Assembly (NCBI GenBank): GCA_964615565.1
Contig: CAZTPC010000001.1
Coordinates: 7,353 to 71,352 of the forward strand
Direction: 5' to 3'
Source of the DNA: an uncultured Candidatus Saccharibacteria bacterium
GTDB taxonomy: Bacteria; Patescibacteriota; Saccharimonadia; Saccharimonadales; AWTP1-31
DNA length: 64,000 bases
Positions 54,472 to 62,713 of this stretch are shown here, piece by piece. Position numbers and translations under genes: made by a program. The notes under the pieces are model-generated. The model made no database searches, was not told where the DNA came from, and saw only the letters and a list, made by a program, of their open reading frames with translations. Position 1 is the stretch's first letter, and every line of letters starts with the position of its first letter.

Positions 54472-54497
54472 CCTTTACATCTAGTAAACTAGAAGTA

Positions 54498-56237
54498 ATG
54501 GAAAACATCGTAAAGTCGTTGCGGTTACTGCGTCCGCTTAGATCACTAATTATTGCCAATGTTGTTATTGCGGCGATTGTTGGTGCATTGAATGCATTCT
54601 TGCCATTATCCATTAAACTCATCCTTGATCAACTCATCAAAGCACTGGCTAACGGCGCAGAGCAGTTGACGCTTAGCCAGATCATAGTCGGGCCGCTGTT
54701 GCTTTGGTTAGTACTACGAGCGGTGTTGATTCTTGCAGAGTATATCCATGAGCTAGTTTGGGACAGGCTTATGCCACGGGCTATTGCTACCTTGCGCGAA
54801 GCAACATGGGTTGGTGCACTCAATCTTTCACTTGATCATTACGAGAAGATACGCGTAGGAGAGATCACCCACCTTACTATTACAGCCCCGATTGAGTTTG
54901 TACCAGATTTCTTACGAGAGATGAGTGAGGTTATTCTACCTAAGGTTACTTCGATCATAATCGCCTTGTTCTTGATATCGAAAGTATCTATGCCAGCAGC
55001 TATCATTACGTTTATTGCGTTCTCGATATTGCTAGTTATCAACTATCGCAAGTTCAAAATAACCAAGCCAATGCGGAGAGTACGCAATGAGCACCTCAAG
55101 GAGCTCACAGGCTATATGAACGAAGGCTACTCGTTAGTACGTCACTTGTACGCCATGGGTTCGCTGCAAGCTCGCACTACGTATGCTAGGAAGAAGTCTG
55201 GTGATATTATCGCCACCGCCGACATGTTGCACGGGGTCGAAAGGCGTTACAACATCATCTTTGGAGCCATTAACTTAGCAGTGTTCTTCTCGGTCTTCTT
55301 GTTGGTTATAGACCAGATTATCAAAGGGAACCAGTCGCCTGCAGTTATCCCGTTGATCGCAGTGTATTTAAACTTATTTACCGAGTCAGTGGTCGCCTTT
55401 AGCCGATCGCTCGGTAAGGCGGCAGATGTAGAAGCAACGCAGCGGCAGGTGCATGAGTTGTTAGCCAAAGAGTCGACAATTACCGACAAACCGAATGCAC
55501 TCGGCTTAGAATCAATCGAGACAATCGAGTTCAAAAATGTCAACTTTTCATACCAAAAGAACGAAGCTCTAAAGGACGTTAGCTTTACGGTAGAGAAGGG
55601 GCAGAAGCTGGCGCTGATTGGAATGAGCGGTGCTGGTAAAACGACCATTACCAAACTACTCCTGCGCTTTTATGATGTAGACAGTGGGCAACTGCTGATC
55701 AATGGCCGTGATATTAAAGAGTATAAGCAACTCGATGTACGACGCTGCTTTGGCACTGTACTACAAGACGTGGCCCTGTTTAACGATACAGTAGAAGAAA
55801 ACATTCGTATGGTTAGACCAGAAGCTGGCGACAACGAAGTCGCCAAAGCAGCAAAACTTGCACATGCTACTGAGTTTATCGAGTCACTACCTGACGGCTA
55901 CAAGACTATGGTTGGTGAGCGAGGCATAAAATTAAGCGGCGGGCAGCAACAGCGTATAGCAATTGCCCGGGCTATCCTGCGTAAGCCATCAGCCGTTATT
56001 CTAGACGAAGCAACAAGTGCCCTAGATACGGAGAGTGAACGAGCAGTTCAGTCCGGAATCAAAGAGTTGCTCGAAGACAAGCTGAGTGTTGTCATAGCGC
56101 ACCGGCTTAGTACTATCCGCGACGCTGATATTATCATCGTTTTAGATAAGGGCAAGGTTATAGAGGCTGACAACCACAAGGGTCTTCTCAAGCGTCAAGG
56201 CTACTACGCCAAACTCCTCAAGCTCCAATCGACATAG
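54498..56237 (+). CDS. ABC transporter, fused permease/ATP-binding exporter (MsbA/type I exporter-like)
   Basis: Six N-terminal TM helices, then Walker A GMSGAGKTT, signature LSGGQQQRIAIARA and Walker B ILDEATSALD. Confidence 0.9.
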   Translation: MENIVKSLRLLRPLRSLIIANVVIAAIVGALNAFLPLSIKLILDQLIKALANGAEQLTLSQIIVGPLLLWLVLRAVLILAEYIHELVWDRLMPRAIATLREATWVGALNLSLDHYEKIRVGEITHLTITAPIEFVPDFLREMSEVILPKVTSIIIALFLISKVSMPAAIITFIAFSILLVINYRKFKITKPMRRVRNEHLKELTGYMNEGYSLVRHLYAMGSLQARTTYARKKSGDIIATADMLHGVERRYNIIFGAINLAVFFSVFLLVIDQIIKGNQSPAVIPLIAVYLNLFTESVVAFSRSLGKAADVEATQRQVHELLAKESTITDKPNALGLESIETIEFKNVNFSYQKNEALKDVSFTVEKGQKLALIGMSGAGKTTITKLLLRFYDVDSGQLLINGRDIKEYKQLDVRRCFGTVLQDVALFNDTVEENIRMVRPEAGDNEVAKAAKLAHATEFIESLPDGYKTMVGERGIKLSGGQQQRIAIARAILRKPSAVILDEATSALDTESERAVQSGIKELLEDKLSVVIAHRLSTIRDADIIIVLDKGKVIEADNHKGLLKRQGYYAKLLKLQST

Positions 56238-56264
56238 TCATTCCGAACCTAGTTAAGCGTAAGG

Positions 56265-56726
56265 GTGTTATATAATACAGATGTGCAAGAAAAACTAAAA
56301 CAAATTCTTGATCATCCGTATGCCAGCATGCTCAACGACACGCGTGTACTTGGGCTGCTTGGTTTTGGTTTTATCGCGATCCTGGTAACTTGGAGCGGGA
56401 TCAAATCTATCGAAACAAACTACCAACTGCAAAAACAGATCTCCCAACTACAGCAAGAGAACTCAGTGTCTAAGCTTGAGAACTCTAACCAAAAACTGCG
56501 AAATGAATACTACAAGACAGACACATTCCTAGAGCTTGCAGCGCGCCGGCAGTTTGGCAAAGCAGCTCCGGGCGAAACGCTCTATTTAGTTCCTAAGAAG
56601 GTTGCGTTGGCACACACAGTTGCTATTGCTCAGCCCGCTGCTCCTAAGACAGAGGCAGATAGTCGGCCAACTTGGGAGAAGAACCTAGAGGCTTGGGTTA
56701 ATTTCTTCCTACACCGCCAGAAGTGA
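56265..56726 (+). CDS. FtsB/DivIC-like septum formation initiator family protein
   Basis: Single TM helix followed by a coiled coil (QLQKQISQLQQENSVSKLENSNQKLRNEYY), typical of FtsB/DivIC. Confidence 0.55.
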   Translation: MLYNTDVQEKLKQILDHPYASMLNDTRVLGLLGFGFIAILVTWSGIKSIETNYQLQKQISQLQQENSVSKLENSNQKLRNEYYKTDTFLELAARRQFGKAAPGETLYLVPKKVALAHTVAIAQPAAPKTEADSRPTWEKNLEAWVNFFLHRQK

Positions 56727-56736
56727 ACGGTCATAT

Positions 56737-58269
56737 TTAGTATCCAGAGAAATAATCCGTACGAATATGATCACGTGGGATACCCATGGAGCGCAGGGTT
56801 CGCTTGTTAGCAATCACCATTCCATTTGGCCCAGATATATAATACTGACGTTTGTCATAATCAAGTACGTGCTGTTTAATCATGTCCGCAGTAATAAACC
56901 CAACTTCGCCGCTCCAGCTCTTTGGAACTTCTTCGCCAGGAGTAGGGCTTAGTACATACACAACTTTCAGCCCGTATTCTTTAGCATCATTCAATACGTT
57001 TTTGTAGACAATTTGCTTGGGGTCGCTCACCGCGTAGAATAGCACTATGTTGCGAGACTGACGGTTGTCTATTAGGTACTTCAACATACTGCGGTAAGGC
57101 GTAATGCCAATGCCGCCGGCAATAAATACCATGCGAACTTTTTCATCGATTGGCAGAAGAAAATCGCCAGCCAGATTATTGGCAGTCACGATGGTACCCT
57201 TGGGCAAGACAGCCAGGGTACTTTTGAATGCACTACCTTTCTGGGCATGCTTAACACCAAATAAAACTGTGTCCTCAGTTGGTGATGATGCGATAGTGAA
57301 TGTTCGCCGATTACCAAGTGAGTCGGACTTTTTAAGAGGGAGGGTCAGTTCTAGATATTGTCCAGGCTTATAGTCTAGTGGAGATTCAGGCTTGAACGAA
57401 TATTCGTACACTGTCCGACCGATCTCCTCGCGCGAGACAAGTTTGAGTGGTTGTCGTCCGCGGGGTGCCGCAAGTAGCAAAAATAGGTTACCAAGTATTA
57501 GACTGAGCTCTGGTGTCATAGACAGGCTGCCGATATGCAACCCGGATCCAAATAATGCACCCACAATAGCGCCATGGGCAATCTGCTGATATCGTCGGGG
57601 CGGAGTGGTAACTGGCTCGGTTAGCATAAAACCGCCAAAGAACAGGATAGGGAACGACAATAAGCTTAATCGTATAGCTTCAACAATGCCATTGTCTGAC
57701 CTTAGAACTATAAGTAGCATAGCCATGCCAGCAAAACTGAGGAACATTGGGAATCGGTGAATTTTACGCAGTTCAAGAACTGCCAGTATGGCAACAAATA
57801 TAAACATACTGCTGCTGCCAATCCACCAACGAGTGTGGAGTAGTCCAGTTAGTCCAATAACCAGGGCGCCAAAGGCAGCCGGGTTGAAGAGGTGCCGTTG
57901 TCGTTTCGTAATTAAATATTTTGAAGCTATCGCAATAAGACCCGCAAGACCAAGTGCTATACCTTCGCGAATGTTACGCGGTGGTTGGAATATAAAGTAC
58001 AACAGCAGCGCGGTAATGTTGCTTGATTCGTTATTGCTGACTGCACCATATAGTTTTGCCAAGATGTAGTTTGAGCCAATGCATACACCAATTAGGATAG
58101 AGATGCTTACAAGTGGACGAACGGGGCCATACGGCAGTACACCGGTAATACTGAATAGTAATGAGATTGCAAAGAGTGCACGAAGCCCCCATAGCAAGAG
58201 GCGGTACATGGTGACTTTATTAACAAAGTCGTCTATAGCATTTTGAATGGTGTGTAACACTTGTTTCAT
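56737..58269 (-). CDS. membrane-bound FAD/NAD(P)-binding oxidoreductase (polytopic N-terminal domain + ferredoxin-reductase-type FAD and NAD domains)
   Basis: About 230 aa of TM helices containing several His. Then the FAD-binding R-x-[FY]-[ST] motif (RRTFTIASSP) and the NAD-binding GGxGxxP (GGIGITPYRSM). Confidence 0.8.
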   Translation of the reverse strand: MKQVLHTIQNAIDDFVNKVTMYRLLLWGLRALFAISLLFSITGVLPYGPVRPLVSISILIGVCIGSNYILAKLYGAVSNNESSNITALLLYFIFQPPRNIREGIALGLAGLIAIASKYLITKRQRHLFNPAAFGALVIGLTGLLHTRWWIGSSSMFIFVAILAVLELRKIHRFPMFLSFAGMAMLLIVLRSDNGIVEAIRLSLLSFPILFFGGFMLTEPVTTPPRRYQQIAHGAIVGALFGSGLHIGSLSMTPELSLILGNLFLLLAAPRGRQPLKLVSREEIGRTVYEYSFKPESPLDYKPGQYLELTLPLKKSDSLGNRRTFTIASSPTEDTVLFGVKHAQKGSAFKSTLAVLPKGTIVTANNLAGDFLLPIDEKVRMVFIAGGIGITPYRSMLKYLIDNRQSRNIVLFYAVSDPKQIVYKNVLNDAKEYGLKVVYVLSPTPGEEVPKSWSGEVGFITADMIKQHVLDYDKRQYYISGPNGMVIANKRTLRSMGIPRDHIRTDYFSGY

Positions 58270-59168
58270 GATGCTAACATTCGGCCAGGAAAATTGTCCG
58301 AAGTCCTTATGCTATTATCCGACATTTGCATAACATACTCAAATTCGAATTCTTTTTGTAGACGTGAGGGCGGTGTAAAAAATAATGCAGTAGATAGTCC
58401 ATCGGCTAGCATGGTTGTTTTTGCGACTACACAGGTTGCTGTAACAGTTTCGGTAGAGCGAAGGGTAGACGGGTTAATAATGTGGTGAAATTCGCCCCAC
58501 TTACGACGGCTCCCTGCTGAAGCGCATAGACTTTGATTTGATAGTTCGGCAATCCCAATGGCAGTGCCGAGCTGTTCTGGGTCTTCTAGCCCAACAGGGG
58601 TGGAACTTCTTAGAGTAGGGGAGGCAACACGAATATCTCCCCCGGCATCGATTAGATATGTGGTAATCCCCTGATCTTGGATGAGTTCTGCAATTTGATC
58701 AACCAAATATCCTTTGCCAATAGCCCCAAAGTCTAACAAGCATTCATACTTAACATGTAAAGTATTGTCTGTAAGTTCGACTGTCTCTGGTAATTCTGGT
58801 ATCGGTCGCAACTTTGTTGGTTTCAGGCTGTACATAGAATCGTACCCTGCTCTTTCCATTGCATCGCCAATTAATGGCGTTACTAATCCGTTAGTTATTT
58901 TGTATAGCTGCTCATACATATCTAGCATTGGTGCGAGATCGGCTGGTGCTGTATAGTCGCCAGGTTTGCGCACGCTCCAGACCCACGAATCGGCGCGGAA
59001 GCGGGAATAGGTACGGTCGAATTCACTAATGTGAACGGCGATAAGCTCTGCGATCATTGGAGCTAATTCTTGGTGGGCTTCGAATTCGATATTCCAGATC
59101 GTACCAATAGCCTCAAAGTCGAGACGGATAGGCGACGTTTTAGCTTTGAGCTTGGTTTCGGATGGCAT
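58266..59168 (-). CDS. apbE: FAD:protein FMN transferase (ApbE family)
   Basis: ApbE motifs (FEAIGTIWNIE, LDFGAIGKGYLVDQ, IDAGGD). No N-terminal signal peptide is visible. Confidence 0.8.
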   Translation of the reverse strand: MPSETKLKAKTSPIRLDFEAIGTIWNIEFEAHQELAPMIAELIAVHISEFDRTYSRFRADSWVWSVRKPGDYTAPADLAPMLDMYEQLYKITNGLVTPLIGDAMERAGYDSMYSLKPTKLRPIPELPETVELTDNTLHVKYECLLDFGAIGKGYLVDQIAELIQDQGITTYLIDAGGDIRVASPTLRSSTPVGLEDPEQLGTAIGIAELSNQSLCASAGSRRKWGEFHHIINPSTLRSTETVTATCVVAKTTMLADGLSTALFFTPPSRLQKEFEFEYVMQMSDNSIRTSDNFPGRMLAS

Positions 59169-59652
59169 CGAGTGCGTTGTTAAAGCCTCTAGTGGTCAGT
59201 GATGCACCGGCGATTCGCGAAAGTCGAAGCGTTGCTACTGACTTGCCCGAAACTGATTCTTCATACTGATCTTTAAAGTCTTGCAGGTATTCTTTAGATT
59301 CACGAGATGTTACATCGCCAGTTACAGAACTGCTAGAGATTGCACCATTGCTAATGGTTATTGTTACCGTGATCTCTTCGTTTCCACCAGGAGTACTAAA
59401 GTCGCCCTTGGCTGTATAGGTTCCGTCTTTGTATGTGCCACTCGATGAGCTGCCAGTAGACGACGTGTCGGCAGTGCTGTTGTTCGAAGTATCCGAAGTC
59501 GATGAAGACGAAGAATCTGCTGTAGAGCTTGAACCCATAGAATCCGTGGTAGAGTCCTTGGGTTTTAGAAATATTGTACCGGCGATAATCATGCCGATAA
59601 TCACGACGGCTACGATTCCGACTACAGCGTTATTTTTTGATCCTTGCTTCAT
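59140..59652 (-). CDS. FMN-binding domain protein (predicted ApbE flavinylation substrate), membrane-anchored
   Basis: N-terminal TM anchor and a Ser/Thr/Asp-rich linker. FMN_bind domain (YKDGTYTAKGDFSTPGGNEEITVTITISNGAI ... LSRIAGASLTTRGF) aligns with the D-x-x-SGAT-x-TS flavinylation motif. Confidence 0.75.
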   Translation of the reverse strand: MKQGSKNNAVVGIVAVVIIGMIIAGTIFLKPKDSTTDSMGSSSTADSSSSSTSDTSNNSTADTSSTGSSSSGTYKDGTYTAKGDFSTPGGNEEITVTITISNGAISSSSVTGDVTSRESKEYLQDFKDQYEESVSGKSVATLRLSRIAGASLTTRGFNNALDAIRNQAQS

Positions 59653-59705
59653 TGATTCTCCTTAGTTCTAACAGTATATCAAGTAGCTGATGGTTTACTG
59701 AGTAA

Positions 59706-60296
59706 CTACGGTTTGGGGTCGTAGAACGTAATCCAGATAATCCAAATTTGTATTAGCATTCCGAGAAGAATCTGCATGACAACCCATGTGATGCTTCGTG
59801 GCAGAACACTCATGGCTGCTGCCAGTATTGCACCAAGCGCGACGAGCATTATTGAGTTTTTGCGCAGTATTTTGTCTTTGTTACGTTTAGCTAGCCCATA
59901 AATGCCGAACAGAAAACCAAGCGTCATAAGATACGCGATACTGATATGAAGAAGGTTGCTGACTTGGTTTTTGGGATGATACGGGATAAGCGCAATCCCT
60001 AGAAGTCCTAGCGCTGCAAAGCTGAAAAGACGAGTAGGGGTGGTGAGTTTGTTGCGTAAGTGCCCTACCACAAATATCCAAAAGCTTGCAGCCGCTAAGC
60101 CGAAACATAATGAGAAGACTAATCGTGTTTCTGGCAGTGTTGAGTAGTAGCTTATTGGCTGATTGCCTTTTAAACCCTCGTTGGTGCGTACATGAAAGAA
60201 CAATACGGCGAACCACTCTAAGATGATGGCAAGAATGCCGCCATACCTGGAGAACTCGACGAGGCGTTTGTTACGCGTGATATGCGCAATCTGCAT
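59706..60296 (-). CDS. hypothetical polytopic membrane protein (196 aa)
   Basis: Five or six hydrophobic helices. May be the first gene of the flavinylation operon. Confidence 0.5.
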   Translation of the reverse strand: MQIAHITRNKRLVEFSRYGGILAIILEWFAVLFFHVRTNEGLKGNQPISYYSTLPETRLVFSLCFGLAAASFWIFVVGHLRNKLTTPTRLFSFAALGLLGIALIPYHPKNQVSNLLHISIAYLMTLGFLFGIYGLAKRNKDKILRKNSIMLVALGAILAAAMSVLPRSITWVVMQILLGMLIQIWIIWITFYDPKP

Positions 60297-60316
60297 ATGG
60301 TTAGTATAGCAGTGAA

Positions 60317-61540
60317 CTAGTAGCGAGCTTCAACAAAGGTGAGGGCGTAGCCCACATTGCCAGCACGGCCAGCACGGCCAATACGGTGGATGTAGTCGTC
60401 GTAAGTGCCAGGTGTAGAGTAGTTGATTACGTGCGTAATACCAGTAACATCGATACCACGGGCTGCTACATCGGTAGCAACAAGGATAGAAATTTCGCTT
60501 TTCTTGAAGCGGGCAAGTGCACGTTGGCGTTGGCCTTGGCTTTTACCACCATGGATAGAATCGGTTTTGAATCCACGGGCAATCAGTTCCTCGTTGAGAC
60601 GTTCAACGCCGCGTTGAGTTTCGTCGAAGATAATCGCCTTCTCTACTTTGCCGCCGATAAGTATATCGTGCAGCTGGGTCATGCGGTCGCTGTTGGTTTG
60701 GTAGGCAACGATATCTTGGTGGACGTTCTCGCTAGTTTCGCCAGACTTAACAGAAATAGTGATTGGATCATTGGCAAAACGATCGATGATACCCATGACA
60801 CGTTGGTCCATAGTTGCAGAGAAGAATAGTGACTGACGCTTTTCGGCAACGTTAGACAGAATGTCTGTAACATCTTGTACAAAGCCCATGTCTAGCATGC
60901 GGTCTACTTCGTCTAGTACGACAGTATCGAAGCCACCTAGTTTGAGAGTGCCACGTTCTAGGTGGTCTTTGATTCGACCAGGTGTACCGATAACGATACG
61001 TGGGTTGCCCCTAAGGTCGCGAAGCTGTGGGCCCATTGGTGATCCACCAATAAGTACTGCGCCGGTTAGCCCGCTTCCGCGAGCGATTTCTTTACACTCA
61101 ACTTCGATTTGCTGAGCAAGTTCGCGAGTTGGTGCAATCATAACTACCTTACTGTGCTGACTAGACATCAACTTGTTAAGAGTTGGAATAGCGAAAGCTG
61201 CAGTTTTACCAGTACCAGTGTTGGCGATACCAACAATATCAAGTCCCTTAAGAACTTCTGGGATCGTTTGGTCTTGGATTGGAGAAGGAGTTACATAGCC
61301 CTTCTTTGCGAGGTTTTCTTTGAGCAAATCAGCTACAGCGAAGTCGCTGAACTGGTGTTTTGCAGTATAGTCTTCCTGCTTTACGGGTGTTGCTTCACGT
61401 ACGAATTTAGAAGGGTGAATAAACGCCTTCTTTGGACCACGTCCACGGCTGCCGCCACTGCGATTGCCGCCAAATGATTGTGTTGGACGACGGTTTGTAT
61501 TTGTTCGGTTAAACGAACGTCGGTTACCTTGATAAGGCAT
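60317..61540 (-). CDS. DEAD-box ATP-dependent RNA helicase
   Basis: Q-motif region, motif I (GTGKTAAF), PTRELA, DEVD (DEAD variant), SAT and HRIGRAGRAG. An N-terminal Arg/Gly/Asn-rich tail is present. Confidence 0.9.
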   Translation of the reverse strand: MPYQGNRRSFNRTNTNRRPTQSFGGNRSGGSRGRGPKKAFIHPSKFVREATPVKQEDYTAKHQFSDFAVADLLKENLAKKGYVTPSPIQDQTIPEVLKGLDIVGIANTGTGKTAAFAIPTLNKLMSSQHSKVVMIAPTRELAQQIEVECKEIARGSGLTGAVLIGGSPMGPQLRDLRGNPRIVIGTPGRIKDHLERGTLKLGGFDTVVLDEVDRMLDMGFVQDVTDILSNVAEKRQSLFFSATMDQRVMGIIDRFANDPITISVKSGETSENVHQDIVAYQTNSDRMTQLHDILIGGKVEKAIIFDETQRGVERLNEELIARGFKTDSIHGGKSQGQRQRALARFKKSEISILVATDVAARGIDVTGITHVINYSTPGTYDDYIHRIGRAGRAGNVGYALTFVEARY

Positions 61541-61696
61541 AAAAAAGAATCCTTGTTTGTTGATTTATATTACGACTGCTCTAATGAGAAGCCGCAATTA
61601 TCTCGTGTCGATCTGTAATCGAAAACTCACAAACTCGGATTCATCTTTAGTACAATAGCTTAATTTTAGCATATTGTTGTTAAAACCGCAATATGT

Positions 61697-62431
61697 CTAA
61701 CAACCTTTGCCGGCAAGGGGTACGATAAAGCTTCCTGCTGCAATACTCTTGTGAAAATATGGGTCAGTGGGCTGTTTAGTTAAGACATCAACCACATAGC
61801 TAATTTCCTGGCCGTACGCTCCACGCTTTTTAAGGTTCTTTTCGGTAAGGCGTTTTTCTTCTTCTGTCCATGTGCCGTAACCTTTTGTGTAGTAGCCCCA
61901 TCCTTCGGTTAAGAATTGGGTATATCCACCGATAATAAAGCGTTCCATGTATGGGTGTTCTGTAGTTACCGCAAAGCCAGACTGTGTGCCGGTGTGCATT
62001 CGGTCATCAAAGCTATCAGACATGATGCCGTTGATGGCAGACTTCTTTGCCTTGAGTGAGGCGTCGGCATGGAAGTTCTCAATCTGTACGTCAGGCATCA
62101 ATTCAGGTAGAGGTTGATCTTTATTAGCCTTGATAGCCAAGTTGATATCGAGCGACTTTGTGTCGGTAACTTTCCAGCTATCAGTGTCATATTCAGTGGA
62201 GAATGTAGCCTCTAGGTCGAATGCTTCGCCCGGAACATCCAGTGTCTGGGTTAGGCTACGGTCACCTTCTAGACCGCTTGTCATACAGGCTGATTTTCGG
62301 TCATGTGAGCTTCGCGAGTCCTCCGGTTTTTGCGGGTCGCAACCGCTGAGTGCTCCCGCCCCAAGTGCGAGTGATGTTACTAATGCTACTGCGCGTAGTG
62401 CGTTTCCAAATTCATGACCTCGTAGCGCCAT
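61697..62431 (-). CDS. lipoprotein (hypothetical)
   Basis: Signal peptide with lipobox (LALGAGALSGC). Confidence 0.6.
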   Translation of the reverse strand: MALRGHEFGNALRAVALVTSLALGAGALSGCDPQKPEDSRSSHDRKSACMTSGLEGDRSLTQTLDVPGEAFDLEATFSTEYDTDSWKVTDTKSLDINLAIKANKDQPLPELMPDVQIENFHADASLKAKKSAINGIMSDSFDDRMHTGTQSGFAVTTEHPYMERFIIGGYTQFLTEGWGYYTKGYGTWTEEEKRLTEKNLKKRGAYGQEISYVVDVLTKQPTDPYFHKSIAAGSFIVPLAGKGC

Positions 62432-62713
62432 AGTTTTCTCCTTGTTTGCTTTATAACAAACAAATAGTTCGACTTTTGAGGCCGAACTACTACAAAGAGA
62501 GTCCAGTCTGCCCGGTTACGCTAGTGGCTCCGTATAACTCAAGCGTCCAAGTACGAGTTATAGATCAATGCCTACAGAACTATCTGTTATCAAAAATATA
62601 TCACTTAATTACCTATTGCACAAGTATGTGACGTTGCATACTTTGTGGTAGCTCAGCTGGTTTTCAGCAAGTCCAACTACTATGCAGGTAATAACTAATG
62701 TAAGGAAACTATT

